A stretch of 64,000 bases of DNA. Source: Lama guanicoe. Taxonomy: Eukaryota. The position numbers and the translations under genes are program-made. Below the pieces are notes generated by a model. That model was not told the origin of the DNA. It made no database searches and was given only the letters and a program-made list of their open reading frames with translations. Positions 48,389-61,092 of this stretch are shown here, one piece after another. The first letter of the stretch is position 1. Every line of letters begins with the position of its first letter. Location of the stretch: NCBI GenBank assembly GCA_013239625.1, contig MU053594.1:2360127-2424126 (forward strand), given 5' to 3'.

Positions 48389-50282
48389 AACCTTGGAAAA
48401 AAATTACCTTTTTTTTTTGGATTCTTTCTGCTTTGGGTTTATTTGATCCAAATTTCTCAGTATCTGCCTAAAATCCCCAAACAAGTTATCTTGAATTGTT
48501 TCTCTTCAGACTTAATTTTTTGATTTGAAAGGTTAAGACAGTATTTTAGATAATGAAGTTCCATCTTTGTTGGCAGCGATGTGTGTAGGCGAGGGACTTG
48601 GAGACGGTCTCAGGCCTGTTTGATGAAAAGGCCCAGTTTCCTAGTAAAAAAAACACGATGCAAGATTTTTCCTGCTTACTATTTGAGGATTTGAGGAGAT
48701 GCAGAAGCAATCTCCATAAGGGAGCTGAAGTTGGCAAAACTAGCAAAGAAATAAAGTCCTTGACGTATTGGCTAAGATTTAAATGGTGTCTTTTTCCTTC
48801 TCATCTGGAGGTAAAATGTCTTGATTGTAGTCGTACTTCTCGGTTTCTTCCTGGGTTTTTCTGCTAAGGTGGTAACATTTTCAACAAAGATTTGCTCAGA
48901 CTTTTCTGTGCCAAAGTGTTTTATTTCTTACCAGATTAATCCCCATAGCTTGCAGTCCCATGTCAGGCAGTGTCATTCCAGGAAGGAGGTTACACTAGTC
49001 TTGTTGATTTTGCAACTTGACCTGATGCAAGGGAAGAAGAAACGAGTGCCATGTGCCTGCAGTCCAGTTCTCCCAAGCAGACCACACAAGGCCGGTAGGC
49101 GTGGTCTCCAGGGGAGTAGGGGTCTGGGGAGAGGAAGAAAATCTTCTTAATGCTATTAGTCTTCCCGTTATTCATGGGATGTGAGTACCTGCTCATGGTG
49201 CTAGGTGTCCATGGATGAATCAACCACTGGTATTTCCACAGCAGGTTCTTAAAATCCACCAGTCAGAATGCAGGGACATGTGGTATAATGCGGAGTGCCA
49301 TGTCCAAAGGAAGCCATCTCTTAGGGCCAGACATCACAATGAAATGGAAATTCAGGAAGCCAGCCGGTTTCCTCTCACACCGATCCTTGGATTTTCCGAG
49401 TTGCTGAGAACCTCTGAACTTACTGCCTTCATTGTTAATATTTACTGGGGTAATTTTTTTTTAATGGTCCACCCCATTCTGTCGTTTGTCTTATTTCCAG
49501 TTTGGGGGGGACAATGGTACATCCGGCTATTCAGCTCACTTTAGATGATCACCACCATTGTCTTTTTTGCTTATTTTCCAAATAGAGCATAATTCAGAAA
49601 AAAGACGTGGAAGGAAAGGGATTTGAGGTTTTGCTCTGTAGCTTTGCTAAGGCACCATTGTAGGGGAAGTTCTTTTAAAAACTTAATCTGCAGTCCTCGC
49701 CCTCTTATGTGATAGACGTGTGAACCACCTGCTCTGCAATGTGCAGAGGTTGTCCAGCTTGGCGTAAATTAGTGCTTTACAAGATTCTGACCCCTGGGAC
49801 TGTCCACTTCCAGCATGAAAAAGAAGAGCAAGGAGAAGATGAATGTCAGGTTAGGCGAAGAAACTGGACATGTACAAAATAATGAAGTTGTATGATCAAG
49901 AGGTTCAAAGTCTCCAAATGTTATTTTGTACTCATCCGTAAGTGGAAGTTTGAAGACATGTTCTAAAGCTAAACATGAATTTCTTGAAATCAGAAATCAC
50001 AGATACCTTCTTTCATATTAACTTCATTTGGGAGTCAAATATGGGACACTCAATAATTCCTCATTGAACTGAATTAATTTGGGAGATTATTACATTCCAT
50101 TTGGGAAACACTGATAAAGATGATTGCAATTGGTTATAATGGAATCTCCTTTAGTAGACTTACAGGCACTTGATGCTTCTCAGATTTTTTTCTGAGTGTG
50201 GATAGGAACTTTCGTAAGCTGGTGTTCTTAATTTATTTGTAAGTTGTTCCAAGTACAGCTATGACTGCTGTGGAAGAGCTAA

Positions 50283-50700
50283 TTTTTTTTTAATTTAAAA
50301 AAATTGTTAAATTTTGGTAAGAACACTTAGATTCACCCTCAACACAATTTTAAATGTACAACATAGTATTGTTATCTGGAGGTACAACACTGTACATTAG
50401 ATCTAGAAAGTATTCATCTTACACAACTAAAATTTTATTCCCATGATTAGCTCCTCCCCTTTCCCCGTCTCCTCTTGCCTCTGGCAACCACCATTCCATT
50501 CTTTGCTTTTATGAGTTTAATTATCTTAGATGCCTCATTTAAGTAGAATCATGCAGTATTTGTCCTTCTGTGACTGGCTTATTTCACTTAGCATAATGTC
50601 CTCAATGGATAAAGAAAATGTTGTTTATAAATACAATGGAATATTATGCAGCCTTAAAAAAGAAATCTTGCAATATGGACCAACATCGATAAATCTTGAG
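50283..50700 (-). mobile_element. L1 3' fragment with a short inverted segment (about 50604-50700 on +)
   Basis: Minus-strand 3' UTR up to ...cacttagcataatgtcc, then plus-strand tcaatggataaagaaaatg...tacaatggaatatt. Confidence 0.65.
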
Positions 50701-52028
50701 GAAGGGGTTCTTTTATTGAGTGCCAACTCTGGGATAGGCAGGCATCATAAATTATTATAGATTTCTGCTTTGAAAAAGGAATTTTCTAGCTTGGTGGTCT
50801 CTTCTTATTATAAGTGTCCATTTATATATATTCATATTTAGTTAGTCATGAACTGTACCCTTGAACTACTCTATAAATATAACATACATTATAAAACAGT
50901 CACAATAATAGAAATTTAAAAGATGAAGTAAATCCAAAATGGATAATATTTTAACCAATTATTTTATCTATTAACAGTATAGAAGTTATTTTGACCTCAT
51001 TTACTATAAATGATATTTAGAAGGAGAAATGTTACTCAATGTATCTAATTGCCTTTAAAAATCTTTGTAATATACCAGTTTGAAGATTTGGGTCTAAGTT
51101 CAATTGATTTCAGGATTTTGTCTGAATAGATGTCAAAGCTGAAAAAGATACCATACAAAGATACTTAAATCTTAATAAACATAGTATATAATTATTGGCT
51201 ATGCTAAATGAATTACAAACATCATTTCAAAATTTCTTCCATCAATTTTGCAAAGGCTTTATGTGTAAACTTGGCTAGTGAATTTCCATCTTAGTTGATG
51301 TCAACCAGTCTTGCAAACTCGGTGAAGGTGTTGTCTTTTTATTTTTTAACACATTGAGTTAAAAAAAACTTAAACTCTTTATGTGGAAATTTCAAATAAA
51401 CTAAAAAATTCTGCTTTGACTTTTAAAAGAAAGTGTAAAGATAAGAGTTTTTATGGGTGACACATACCTACCTTGTTAGTAACAATATAGCATAATGGTG
51501 GAAACATTCCTAAACATCCACCAGGCTTCCACTTTCTAAATATTTGCCCCATTCATTGAATTCTGAAAGCACCATTAAAATGTCATCTATACCTTGTTGG
51601 GCTGGATTAAATGCAAATCGTGTTTATTACTTAACAACATCTGTAGGTAGCATATTTTGGACAGTCAACTTATGAACCAAAAGAGATTAAAAACTTAGTA
51701 TTATTGTATTTAAAAAAATAAATAACAGTTCATTTTTACGTTTGACAGCTCTTTGGAGTTTTTTGGATAATCAGTGATTCTCTTTGTGGTGGAAGAGTCT
51801 CATATCATTATAAGGATTGTGTCATTTAAAGCTGTTGTGCCTTTAAATCAATCACACTGATAATCACCTTCTAAACTTCAGAAGTTGCGGTGTGATGGAA
51901 ACGAATGAGCTGAGTGAGGGTACCACCATCACCCGTCTTCCCGTGCACAGCTTCCGCTTGTCCCTGGGGACTTTTTCAGAACCATGGGCTGCACATAACC
52001 AAGGGGGGGTGCTAGTATTAGTCCACGT

Positions 52029-52130
52029 TGGGGTGACCGATTTGTACTGGTTTGCCTGGGATTTTCCTGGATTTAGCAGTGAGAGTCCTGTGTTCTAGGA
52101 AATCCTTTAGTCTGGGACAAACTTGTCCCC
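52029..52130. mobile_element. MER81-like hAT MITE
   Basis: gggtgaccga...tggtttgcctggga...ttagcagtgagagtcctg. Confidence 0.5.
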
Positions 52131-55100
52131 TTCAGTCCGTATATTAAATACAAGTAGATATTAATTTATTTTTTCTTAGTATTTTCATGTAAATTAGTAG
52201 CTTATTTGTCTGCACCCCAGTGTATTGTCTCGTGTGATCCCTAGGATGCATGCACCCCACTTCAGAGTTTGTAACTGAGATTCTTGCTTGCTAGAGTTCT
52301 CAGTAAAAGCTCCTCTGGGGACCACATGAGGGAAGCTTCTCTGGTCTGAAGGGCAGTGTCATAGTGGGTTCTAAGTCGATTCCAGGTCTAGGAGCAGCAA
52401 GGCTCCTACCAGGGGATGCTCCTGGTCTTTCTCATTTGAGACGAAGAGTGGTAATAGCATGAGATACATCTCACATGCTGTCTTAAAACTAAAATCAAGT
52501 TCTCACAAAAGGTTTTCTTTATCCCACCTGGTCCTAAAGCTACATCTGTATTAATATGAAAATGTTAATACATCTGAGAAAATCTTAGGAGAAGGCACGT
52601 TTTTCATCAGTTCAAGGTGATGACTTCTGCCCAATTCAATCAGGTGGGAAGCTCTCACAGCGGCTCTTAACCTAGACTGCACATTAGTATCACTTGGGGA
52701 GTTAAAAAAAAACAAAACCTGAGTTCAGACTGAGAAAGAACAACTAAAACAGAATTGCTGGGAGAGGGAACCAAGGAGGTAGCGGGAGTTTTAAAGCTCT
52801 CAGGTGACTCCAGTGTGTCACCCAAGCCCAGGACTGCTGCTCACCTGCCCCTCCCCACCAGTGGTTTTGGGACTGTTGTCACATCCGAAGGCTGAAAATG
52901 ACATCCAGATGCACCTTGTCTGTGACACAGAGAATCACTGCGGTTCTGTTTATTTAATGTTGTTTTCCTACCAAGCCAGGCTGGATTATCATAGCACACC
53001 ATCTCTTCATTAGAGGTTGAGAGCCCAGTCATCTTCACAGTCATTACACTCTGTTGAGAGACAGAAGCTGAAATCATTTCAGATGCCCATTATCTGACAG
53101 CCGGAGAATTTTCTTTTCAAGATATGTAGTTTCCATGAGCAAACGCGAGAATGAAACAGAGAAAGCGCAGGATGTTAGGCTCTTCTCCCCTGGCCTCCCC
53201 TGTGTGCTTGAAACTTCAGTAATGGACTGATGTGTTCAACATGGAGCAGCTTGGGCCAGCTGGAAAGGTAATGGGGACAACAGCTCTGGACGAATCCCCC
53301 ATTTTAGCCTTTGCCTGTGGTCAACTCAGGGGCCTCCCTGGGCAGAGGGCTTTATGACATTCAAGCCAAACCAAACTTTAAAGGATGAGCCGTGTAGGAC
53401 TGAGAAATCTGCTTATCCCAATGGTAGAGCCTAACTCAGCCATGACTAATGTCCTTATTGGTTATCTTAGATTCTGTACGTTTCAGTGGAGAAAGATGTT
53501 GATGTGTGGAGGGCCTGAGGCAGGGGAGGAGACGGGACCCAGGAGCCTAAGGAAGGTTGTCACCAGTTGCAGGTAAATGACACTGGGGGCCTTTGTTTCA
53601 TTTACCACGTGCAATAATGGCATTTATGTGCTGGGTGTTCGCTGGGGGAATTCAAAGGAAAGTTAGGCATAGCCCTGGCCACAAGAAAATCAGAGTTCGT
53701 GGAGCAAGTGGAAGGTTGTAATGCGGGGAAATAAGCAGAGTGGTAGCTCTAATCGCAGGCGGTTTCCCTGTCCCAACTTTGCTAGTGAAGCAGTTACCAT
53801 CATCTCATTAACCCTCCCAAAAAGCAAGTAAGGACTGTACAATTTTAACTCCCATTCATTTCTAGGAGGAAGAAACAGATTTAAAGAGGTTAAGTCACCT
53901 GTCAAGTTCACAGTCAGTAAATGGCTCTATCCGAGTTCAAACCCAGCAGGTTCAATGCTCATTCTTTTAATTATTTTGTTGTACAGCCAACGACATTGGC
54001 TCTGGCCTGAAGAACCCTGTCGTAACATGTTCTCAGTTAGGACTAGGTCTAGGGAATGTGACCCTGAGACTTCTCATTTGAGACAAGGAGTGGGGATGAA
54101 CACCAAATATAAATATAAATAAAAATAAATATATATATATGATTTTTCTTATTATAAATCACAGGATCATAGTGAGCAATTACTGTGTCCAGACCAGGTG
54201 CTAGGGAGCTTTACAAATCAAGAATTTGTTGCCTTACTTCTTTGTCTCCTGACATGTTTAACCCAAATCAGAATATTTAAAGGGCTGAAATAAAATGTTT
54301 GAAAAGATTTTGGTCAATTTCCACACTAACATTCAGTTCTGGTAAATTACTTGTCAGAGGCTTCTAATCTGTAGACTTGATTAAAAATGACTTTCAGAGG
54401 AAGGATATGGTCAGTATGAAGTTTTAACGGAGATGATTCGAAATAGGTATTTCACTTTATTCTGAAAGGGATTTTCTTTTGTTTTTCCAAAAGGCTTTGA
54501 TTTACATATTCACGTTCCCCGCTTTGAACAGAAATCTGCAAGCCATCTTATTAAAAAGAAATAGCTTAATCCTTTCTACCCAAGCCAGAAAAGGGTCCAA
54601 GGGCTTTGGGGGTAGGATGCACTAACGATGCCCCAGTGACACGGCAGACCTGGACTTTAGAAGTGCTTTCTTCACACCTAGGGAAGTAACTCAGGATACA
54701 GATGTTTTCAGAGTTGCAGCATTTGGCCCTGTTCACCCTGGGAACGGTGACTCTGGTCTAGGTACTTGAAGGCACAGAGGCAGACCCGAGAGCCTCGTGA
54801 TGCTGAGGGGGTTTTTGAGCAGACCTGCCGGCTTACCGCAGTGACTCAGCACCAACATCAGGAGACGAGTCGGCCGCTCTGCTTTCGCTGCTGTGTTCCA
54901 TGTCCAAGCCTTGACAAGACGCACTTTTGAAATGGAGTTACAGTCTCTTTCCCATGTCAAAAACCATCATTACCTCATCCAAGGCAGTGGAGCAAAGTGA
55001 AAAGGACGGTTTAGAGCAGACACAACTAGGTTTGAAAGAGGATAATGGATGTGATGATATAATTAAAGAGCCCACTGTAAGGTCTGACAAATCCTAAGCT

Positions 55101-55967
55101 TTCTGTAAACGTGAGTTCCTTTTAAGCTGAAGTTTAGAAGGTCCTGCATCTTAAGCTTTCAAAATTTAAAAACAGCTCACAGGTTTGATAGGAACATTTA
55201 CACGAACAAAATTTAAAGGCAAATTAGTTTTCACAGAGCTGATATTGAAATAGAATCTCCTGGCTGGAAAACAATTTGCCTTCCTGTTTATAGCTGTCAT
55301 TTTTCACCAGTTTTAGGTCTGAAATAAGAGTACTTTTTATATACTGAAATAATACAGTAGTCATGAACTTGATCGTACTAGTAACCACAATTGTTAAAAT
55401 TAGAAGGTCCACACAGACTTGCTGAAAGTACCGGTGGCTTACTGTATGTTCTTTTTCTGGGAAAGCTCAATGCAGTGAATGACCTGGGTTTATCAGAAGC
55501 TTGGGTGTAGGATAACCCGTCCATGCTGCAGGTGAGCTGGTGGGCTGGTACCAGCAGGGAGAACGCATCTACTAGGGGCTAAATTCGTCAGGGTTATCCC
55601 CCGTGGCCACCAGGGAGAGTTTTTTCATCTTTCACATCAGCATTACCTTTTTTTTTTTTCCTACTCATCATCTTATTATGCAAATGTTCAAACATGTGCA
55701 GAAATTTAAAGAATTATACACTGAACATCCATATACTCACCATCTAAGATTCTACAATGAACATTTTTATCACAAATCTGCCTAGTTCATTTATCCACCC
55801 TCTATTTCTCTTTTAATCTGTCTTATATTTAGATGGATTTCAAAGTGAGTTGCCGATATCAATACACTCACCCCTAGATACTTCAGAATGCACACATGAA
55901 ACTGAGATAAGGGTTTTTTTTTTATAATGGTGAAGTCAAATTTGCATATGGTGAAACATAGAAATCT

Positions 55968-56484
55968 TTCTTTTAAACTTTTTTTTATTGGAGTATGGTC
56001 GATGTACGATGTTGTGTTAGCCTCTGGTGTACAGCATGATGATTCAGTTTTATATACACACTCTTATTTTTCATAATCTTTTCCATCATATTTTACTACA
56101 AGATACTGAAAACAGCTCCCTGTGCTATATAGCAGGTCCTTTTTGTTTATCTCTTTTATATATTACTCTATATAGTAAATCCCAAGCTCCCAGTTTATCC
56201 CTCTCTCCCCCCTCTCCCTCATGGTAACCAAAAGTTTATTTCTATATCTGTGAATCTATTTCTGTTTTATAAATAAGTTCATTTGTGTCATTTTTTTTAT
56301 GATTCCACATATAGGTGATATTACATGGTATTTGTCTTTTTCTTTTTTGATTGAAGTATAGTTAGTTTACAATGTTGTGTTAATTTCTGGTGCAGTGATT
56401 CAGTTATACGTATATGTTCCTTTTCACATTCTTTTTCATTATAGGCCATCACAAGGTATTGAACATAGCTCCCTGTGCTTTACA
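55968..56484 (-). mobile_element. Two stacked artiodactyl-type L1 3' ends within one TSD
   Basis: 3' ends at about 55968-56340 and 56341-56484; TSD AAACATA(G/T)AAATCT at 55954-67 and 56485-98. Confidence 0.7.
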
Positions 56485-59023
56485 AAACATATAAATCTCA
56501 AGGGTATCGTTAAATTAGCTCACTTGTGTAACTCAAATTTCTATCAAGATACAAAACATTTCTATCAACCCCAAGATTTACTCATGCCTCTTTTCAGTCA
56601 ATCTCCAACCTACCTCCTTAAAGGCAACTACCAGATTTTCTTTTCACCATAGCGCTTCCTGTTGTAGAATTAACACGAACGAAATGATGCAGTGCACACT
56701 CTTTTGTGTAACTCCTCTTTGACTCTGCATGATGTTTTTTACATTCATCCATCTTGTGCATGTATAGGTAGTTTGTCCTTTTTAAATGCTGAGTAGTATT
56801 CCATAGCAAGAATATATGCCATAGTTAGTTTGCCCACTTTCCTATTGATTGACACTTGGGCTGTTTCCAGTTTCGGGCTGTTATGGATACAGTTGCTAAG
56901 AACATTCTTGTACAAGTTGGTGTGTGTCTGTGTACATACGCCTTTGTTTCTTTTGGGTAAATACTTAAGAATGAAATCACTGAATCATACAGTAGATATA
57001 TGTTTAGTTTCACAAGAAAACTGTCAGATCTTTTTCCAAAGCGGTTGTGCCATTTTATGCTCCCACCACCAACATGTGACAGTTCCTGTTATTCCACTGC
57101 CTTGCCAATTTTTGGTCTGTCTCACTTTGTTCTACACTTATTTATTGCTCATTCATCTTCCTTTGCGAAATGTCTGTTCGAATCTTTTGCCCATTTTAAA
57201 ATTGGGCAATTTGTCTTCTTTTATTGAGTTATAGGAGTTCTTGATATATTCTGAATACAATTCCTTTGTTAGGTGTATGTTTTCTGAATATTTTTCTCCA
57301 GGGTGCAGCTTGCCTATTCAGTTTTTCAATAGTATCTTTTGATGAAGATAAGCTTTTAAACTTGGTGCAGAACAGCTTATCATTTCTTTTTCTTTTGTGG
57401 GTGTTTATTTCTGGGTCTTCCCTAAGAAATCCTTGCCTGCTTTCCAAGTTGTGAAGATATGATCCTGTTTTCTTGTAGAAGCTTGGTAGTTTTATGTTTT
57501 ACATTGAAAACTAAGATCCATTTGTGTGTGTGTGTGTGTGTGTGTGTGTAGTATGATGAAAGAGTCAAGATTCTGGTTTTTTTCTACATAAACATTTAGT
57601 TTTTCTAATACCATTTGTTGAAAAGCATTTCCATTCTCCATTAGATTTCTCTAATGTTTTTGTTGAAATTAACTGACTATACAAGTATGATTCTATTTCT
57701 GGACTTTCTTTTCAGAACTATTGATACTTTTATCTATTCTTAGACCACTTCTGCACTATCTTAATTAATGTAGCTTTATAGCAAATCTTGAAATCAAGTA
57801 TGTAAGTCCTCCAAATTTGCTCTCTTTTTTTCAAGATTTTTTTGAATATTTCAAGTCCTTTTCATTTTCAGGTAAATTTTAGAATCAGCTTGCCAAATCC
57901 TATAAAAAAAAACAGATGAGATTATGATTGGGATTGCACTAAATTTGTAGATCAACTTGTAGATACCTGACATTAGAACATTGTATCTTCTAATCCATGA
58001 ATGTGATATGTCGCTCTATACATTTAGACTTTTAAGCTTTTTCTTGGTAAGGTTTTGTAGTTTTCAGGGTACAAATACTATATGGTTTTAAAATTTATTA
58101 CTAAGGATTTTAGGTTTTTGACATCTTTATAAAGTAAGTTATATTTTAAATTTTTGCTTTCTAAATGCCACTAGTATCTATTAATACAATTAATATTTGT
58201 GGATTGGCCTTGTATCCATCAATCTTGCTAAGCTTGTTTATTGGTTCTAGTAGCTATTTTTTTGTAGATTACTAAGGATTTTATATGTAAACACATGCCT
58301 GAGCAGAGGTTTTACTTCTCTCTTTCCAATCTGTTTGGATTATTTCTTTTCCTTGATTTGTTGCATTGGTTAGAACCTCCAGTAAAATGTTAAATAGAAG
58401 TGGTGAGAGACAACGTATTTGCCTTCCTTCCAGTCTTAGAGAGAAGGTGTTCAGTATTTCATCATTATATGTGATATTAGTTGTAGGATTTTTATGGGTA
58501 ACCTTTAAAAGGTTGAGGAAATACCCTTTTGATTCTAATTTGCTGAGTTAAAAGAAGTCACATGGGTGCTTAATTTGTCATGTGATTCCTTTTGATCCAT
58601 TGAGAAAATCATGCAGTTTTTCTTCTTTGTTCTGTCAATATGGTGAATTACATTGATAAGTTTCCTAGAAATTTAAATAAACTTGTATCCCTGAGATAAA
58701 CCTCACTTGAACATAATGAAGTTTTTTTTTTTGGTAAAATTTTAAAATCTATATTCATGAGAGCTATTGATCTGTAATTTTATTTTTATGTGGTATCTTT
58801 ATCAGGTTTTGGAATCAGGTTATGCTAGAAATGAATTGGAAAGTGTTCTCTCTCCATTCTCTGTAAAAGTCTGTGTAAGATTGGTGTTAATTTTTCCCTG
58901 AAATGTTTAATATAATTTACCAGTAAAATTATCTGGGCCTAGAGTTTTCTATGTGGGAATGTTTTTGATGACATACTTATTTAGCTTCCCTCAACCTTGG
59001 TACTATTGAAAGTTTTGACTGAA

Positions 59024-60118
59024 TTCTTTTTTTACTGAAATAAGTTGATTTATAATATTGTGTTAGTTTCAGGTGTACAGCAAATGATTCAGTTATATAT
59101 ATAAACACAATTTTTCAGATGATTTTCCATTATAGGTTATTATAAGATATTGAATATTGTTCCCTGTGTTATGTAGTAAATCCTTGTTGCTTCTCTATCT
59201 TATATATAGTAGTGTGTCTATTAATCCCATACTCTTAATTTATCCCTCCACCACCCCTTTTCCTCTTTGGTAACCATAAGTTTGTTTTCTATGTGGATCT
59301 ATTTCTGTTTTGTGTATAGATTCATTTATATTATTTTCAGATTCCACATATAAGTGGTACAATATAATATTGTCTTTCTCTGTCTGACTTCACTTAGAGT
59401 GATAATCTCTAGGTCCATCTTTGTTGCTACAAATGGCAATATTTCATTATTTTTATGGCTGAGTAGTATTCTACCACATATATATACATACACATACATA
59501 TATATACATATATACATATACATATATATATCTATATACACCTCATCTTCTTTATCCATTTATCTGTTAATGGAAACTTAGGTTGCTTCCATGTCTTGGC
59601 TATTGTAAATAGCGCTGCTTTGACCATTGGGGTACATATGCCTTTTCAAATTAGAGTTTTCATCTTTTCCAGATATATGCCCAGGAGTGGGATTGTTGGA
59701 TTATATGGCAGCTCTATTTTAGTTTAGTTTTTTTTGGGGGGGGGGATTAGGTTTATTCATTTGTTTGTTTTTTAATGGAGGCGCTGGGGACTGAACCAGG
59801 ACCTGGTGCATGCCAAGCATGCACTCTACCACTGAGCTATACCCTCTCCTCTATTTTCAGTTTTTTAAAGGAAATTCCATGCTGTTTTCCATAGCGGCTG
59901 CACCGATTTACATTCCCACCAACAGTGTATAGGGTTCCCATTTCTCCATGCCCTTTCCAGCATTTATTACTTCTAGGCTTTTTAATGACAGTCATTCTGA
60001 CCAGTGTGAGGTGATACCTCACTGTAGTTTTGATTCACATTTCTCTAATAATTAGTATGTCGAATCTTTTTTTTTCACATGCCTGTTAAACATCTGTATG
60101 TCTTCTTTAGAGAAATTA
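59024..60118 (-). mobile_element. Artiodactyl-type L1 (ORF2 end and 3' UTR) inside MER20
   Basis: ORFs 59326-59559 and 59837-60022 are decayed L1 ORF2 C-terminal pieces; aattcttt flanks both sides. Confidence 0.8.
59726..59848 (-). mobile_element. vic-1-like SINE inserted in the L1
   Basis: tRNA-Ala-like head at 59775-59848; TSD CTCTATTTT(-/C)AGTTT at 59712-25 and 59849-63. Confidence 0.8.
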
Positions 60119-60238
60119 GATAATTCTTTGTAGAAGGAGCCTGTCGTATGCATCATGGTATGGTTAGGGCCAATGCTGGCCTCTACCCACCAGATGCCAG
60201 TAGCTTTCCTTCCCCCAGTTGTAACCTAAAAGAAAATC

Positions 60239-61092
60239 TTTTTTTTTTAACATTTTTATTGATTTATAATCATTTTACAGTGTTGTGTCAAATTCCAGTG
60301 TTGAGCACAATTTTTCAGTTATACATGAACATATATATATTCATTGTCACATTTTTTTCCCTGTGAGCTACCATAAGATCTTGCATATATTTCCCTGTGC
60401 TATACAGTATAATCTTGTTTATCTATTCTACATTTTGAAATCCCAGTCTATCCCTTCCCACCCCCTCCATCCCCTTGGCAACCACAAGTTTGTATCCTAT
60501 GTCTATGAGTCTATTTCTGTTTTGTATGTATGTATTTATTTATTTTTTTTAAGATTCCACATACGAGCAATCTCATATGGTATTTTTCTTTCTCTTTCTG
60601 GCTTACTTCACTTAGAATGACATTCTCCAGGAACATCCATGTTGACATGTTGCTGGGTGTTATGTTGTCAGTTTTGATGGCTGCATAGTATTCCATTGTA
60701 TAAATATACCACTTCTTCTTTATCCAGTCATCTGTTGATGGACATTTAGGCTGTTTCCATGTCTTGGCTATTGTAAATAGTGCTGCTATGAATATTGGGG
60801 TGCAGGTGTCATTTTGAAGTATGGCTCCTTCTGGGTATATGGCTAGGAGCGGGATTCCTGGGTCATATGGTAAGTCTATTCCTAGTCTTTTGAGGAATCT
60901 GCATACTGTTTTCCACAGTGGCTGCACCAAACTGCATTCCCACCAGCAGTGTAGGAGGGTTCCCTTTTCTCCACAGCCTCTCTAGCATTTGTCATTTGTG
61001 GACTTTTGAATGATGGCCATTCTGACTGGTGTGAGGTGATACCTCATTGCAGTTTTGATTTGCATTTCTCTAATAATGAATGATATTGAACA
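60239..61092 (-). mobile_element. Younger L1 (ORF2 C-terminus still open) inside MER20
   Basis: ORF 60511-60930 (-): [30 protein letters not shown] is the L1 ORF2 C-terminal domain; poly-T tail at 60239-48. Confidence 0.88.

Larger units (their letters stand above)
46714..48420 (+). other. POU2AF1: POU2AF1 3' UTR (3' end uncertain)
   Basis: Follows the stop codon. AATAAA at 48383-88 is followed by T-rich sequence; a second AATAAA lies at 48750-55. Confidence 0.55.

Noticed and set aside
59775..59848. tRNA-Ala-like sequences (also at 2865 and 29640) as tRNA genes
   Set aside because: They have an altered 5' end and A-rich tails, two have TSDs, and there are several diverged copies, so they are SINEs.
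60511..60930. 139-aa ORF on the minus strand
   Set aside because: L1 ORF2 C-terminal fragment of a 5'-truncated element, not a host gene.
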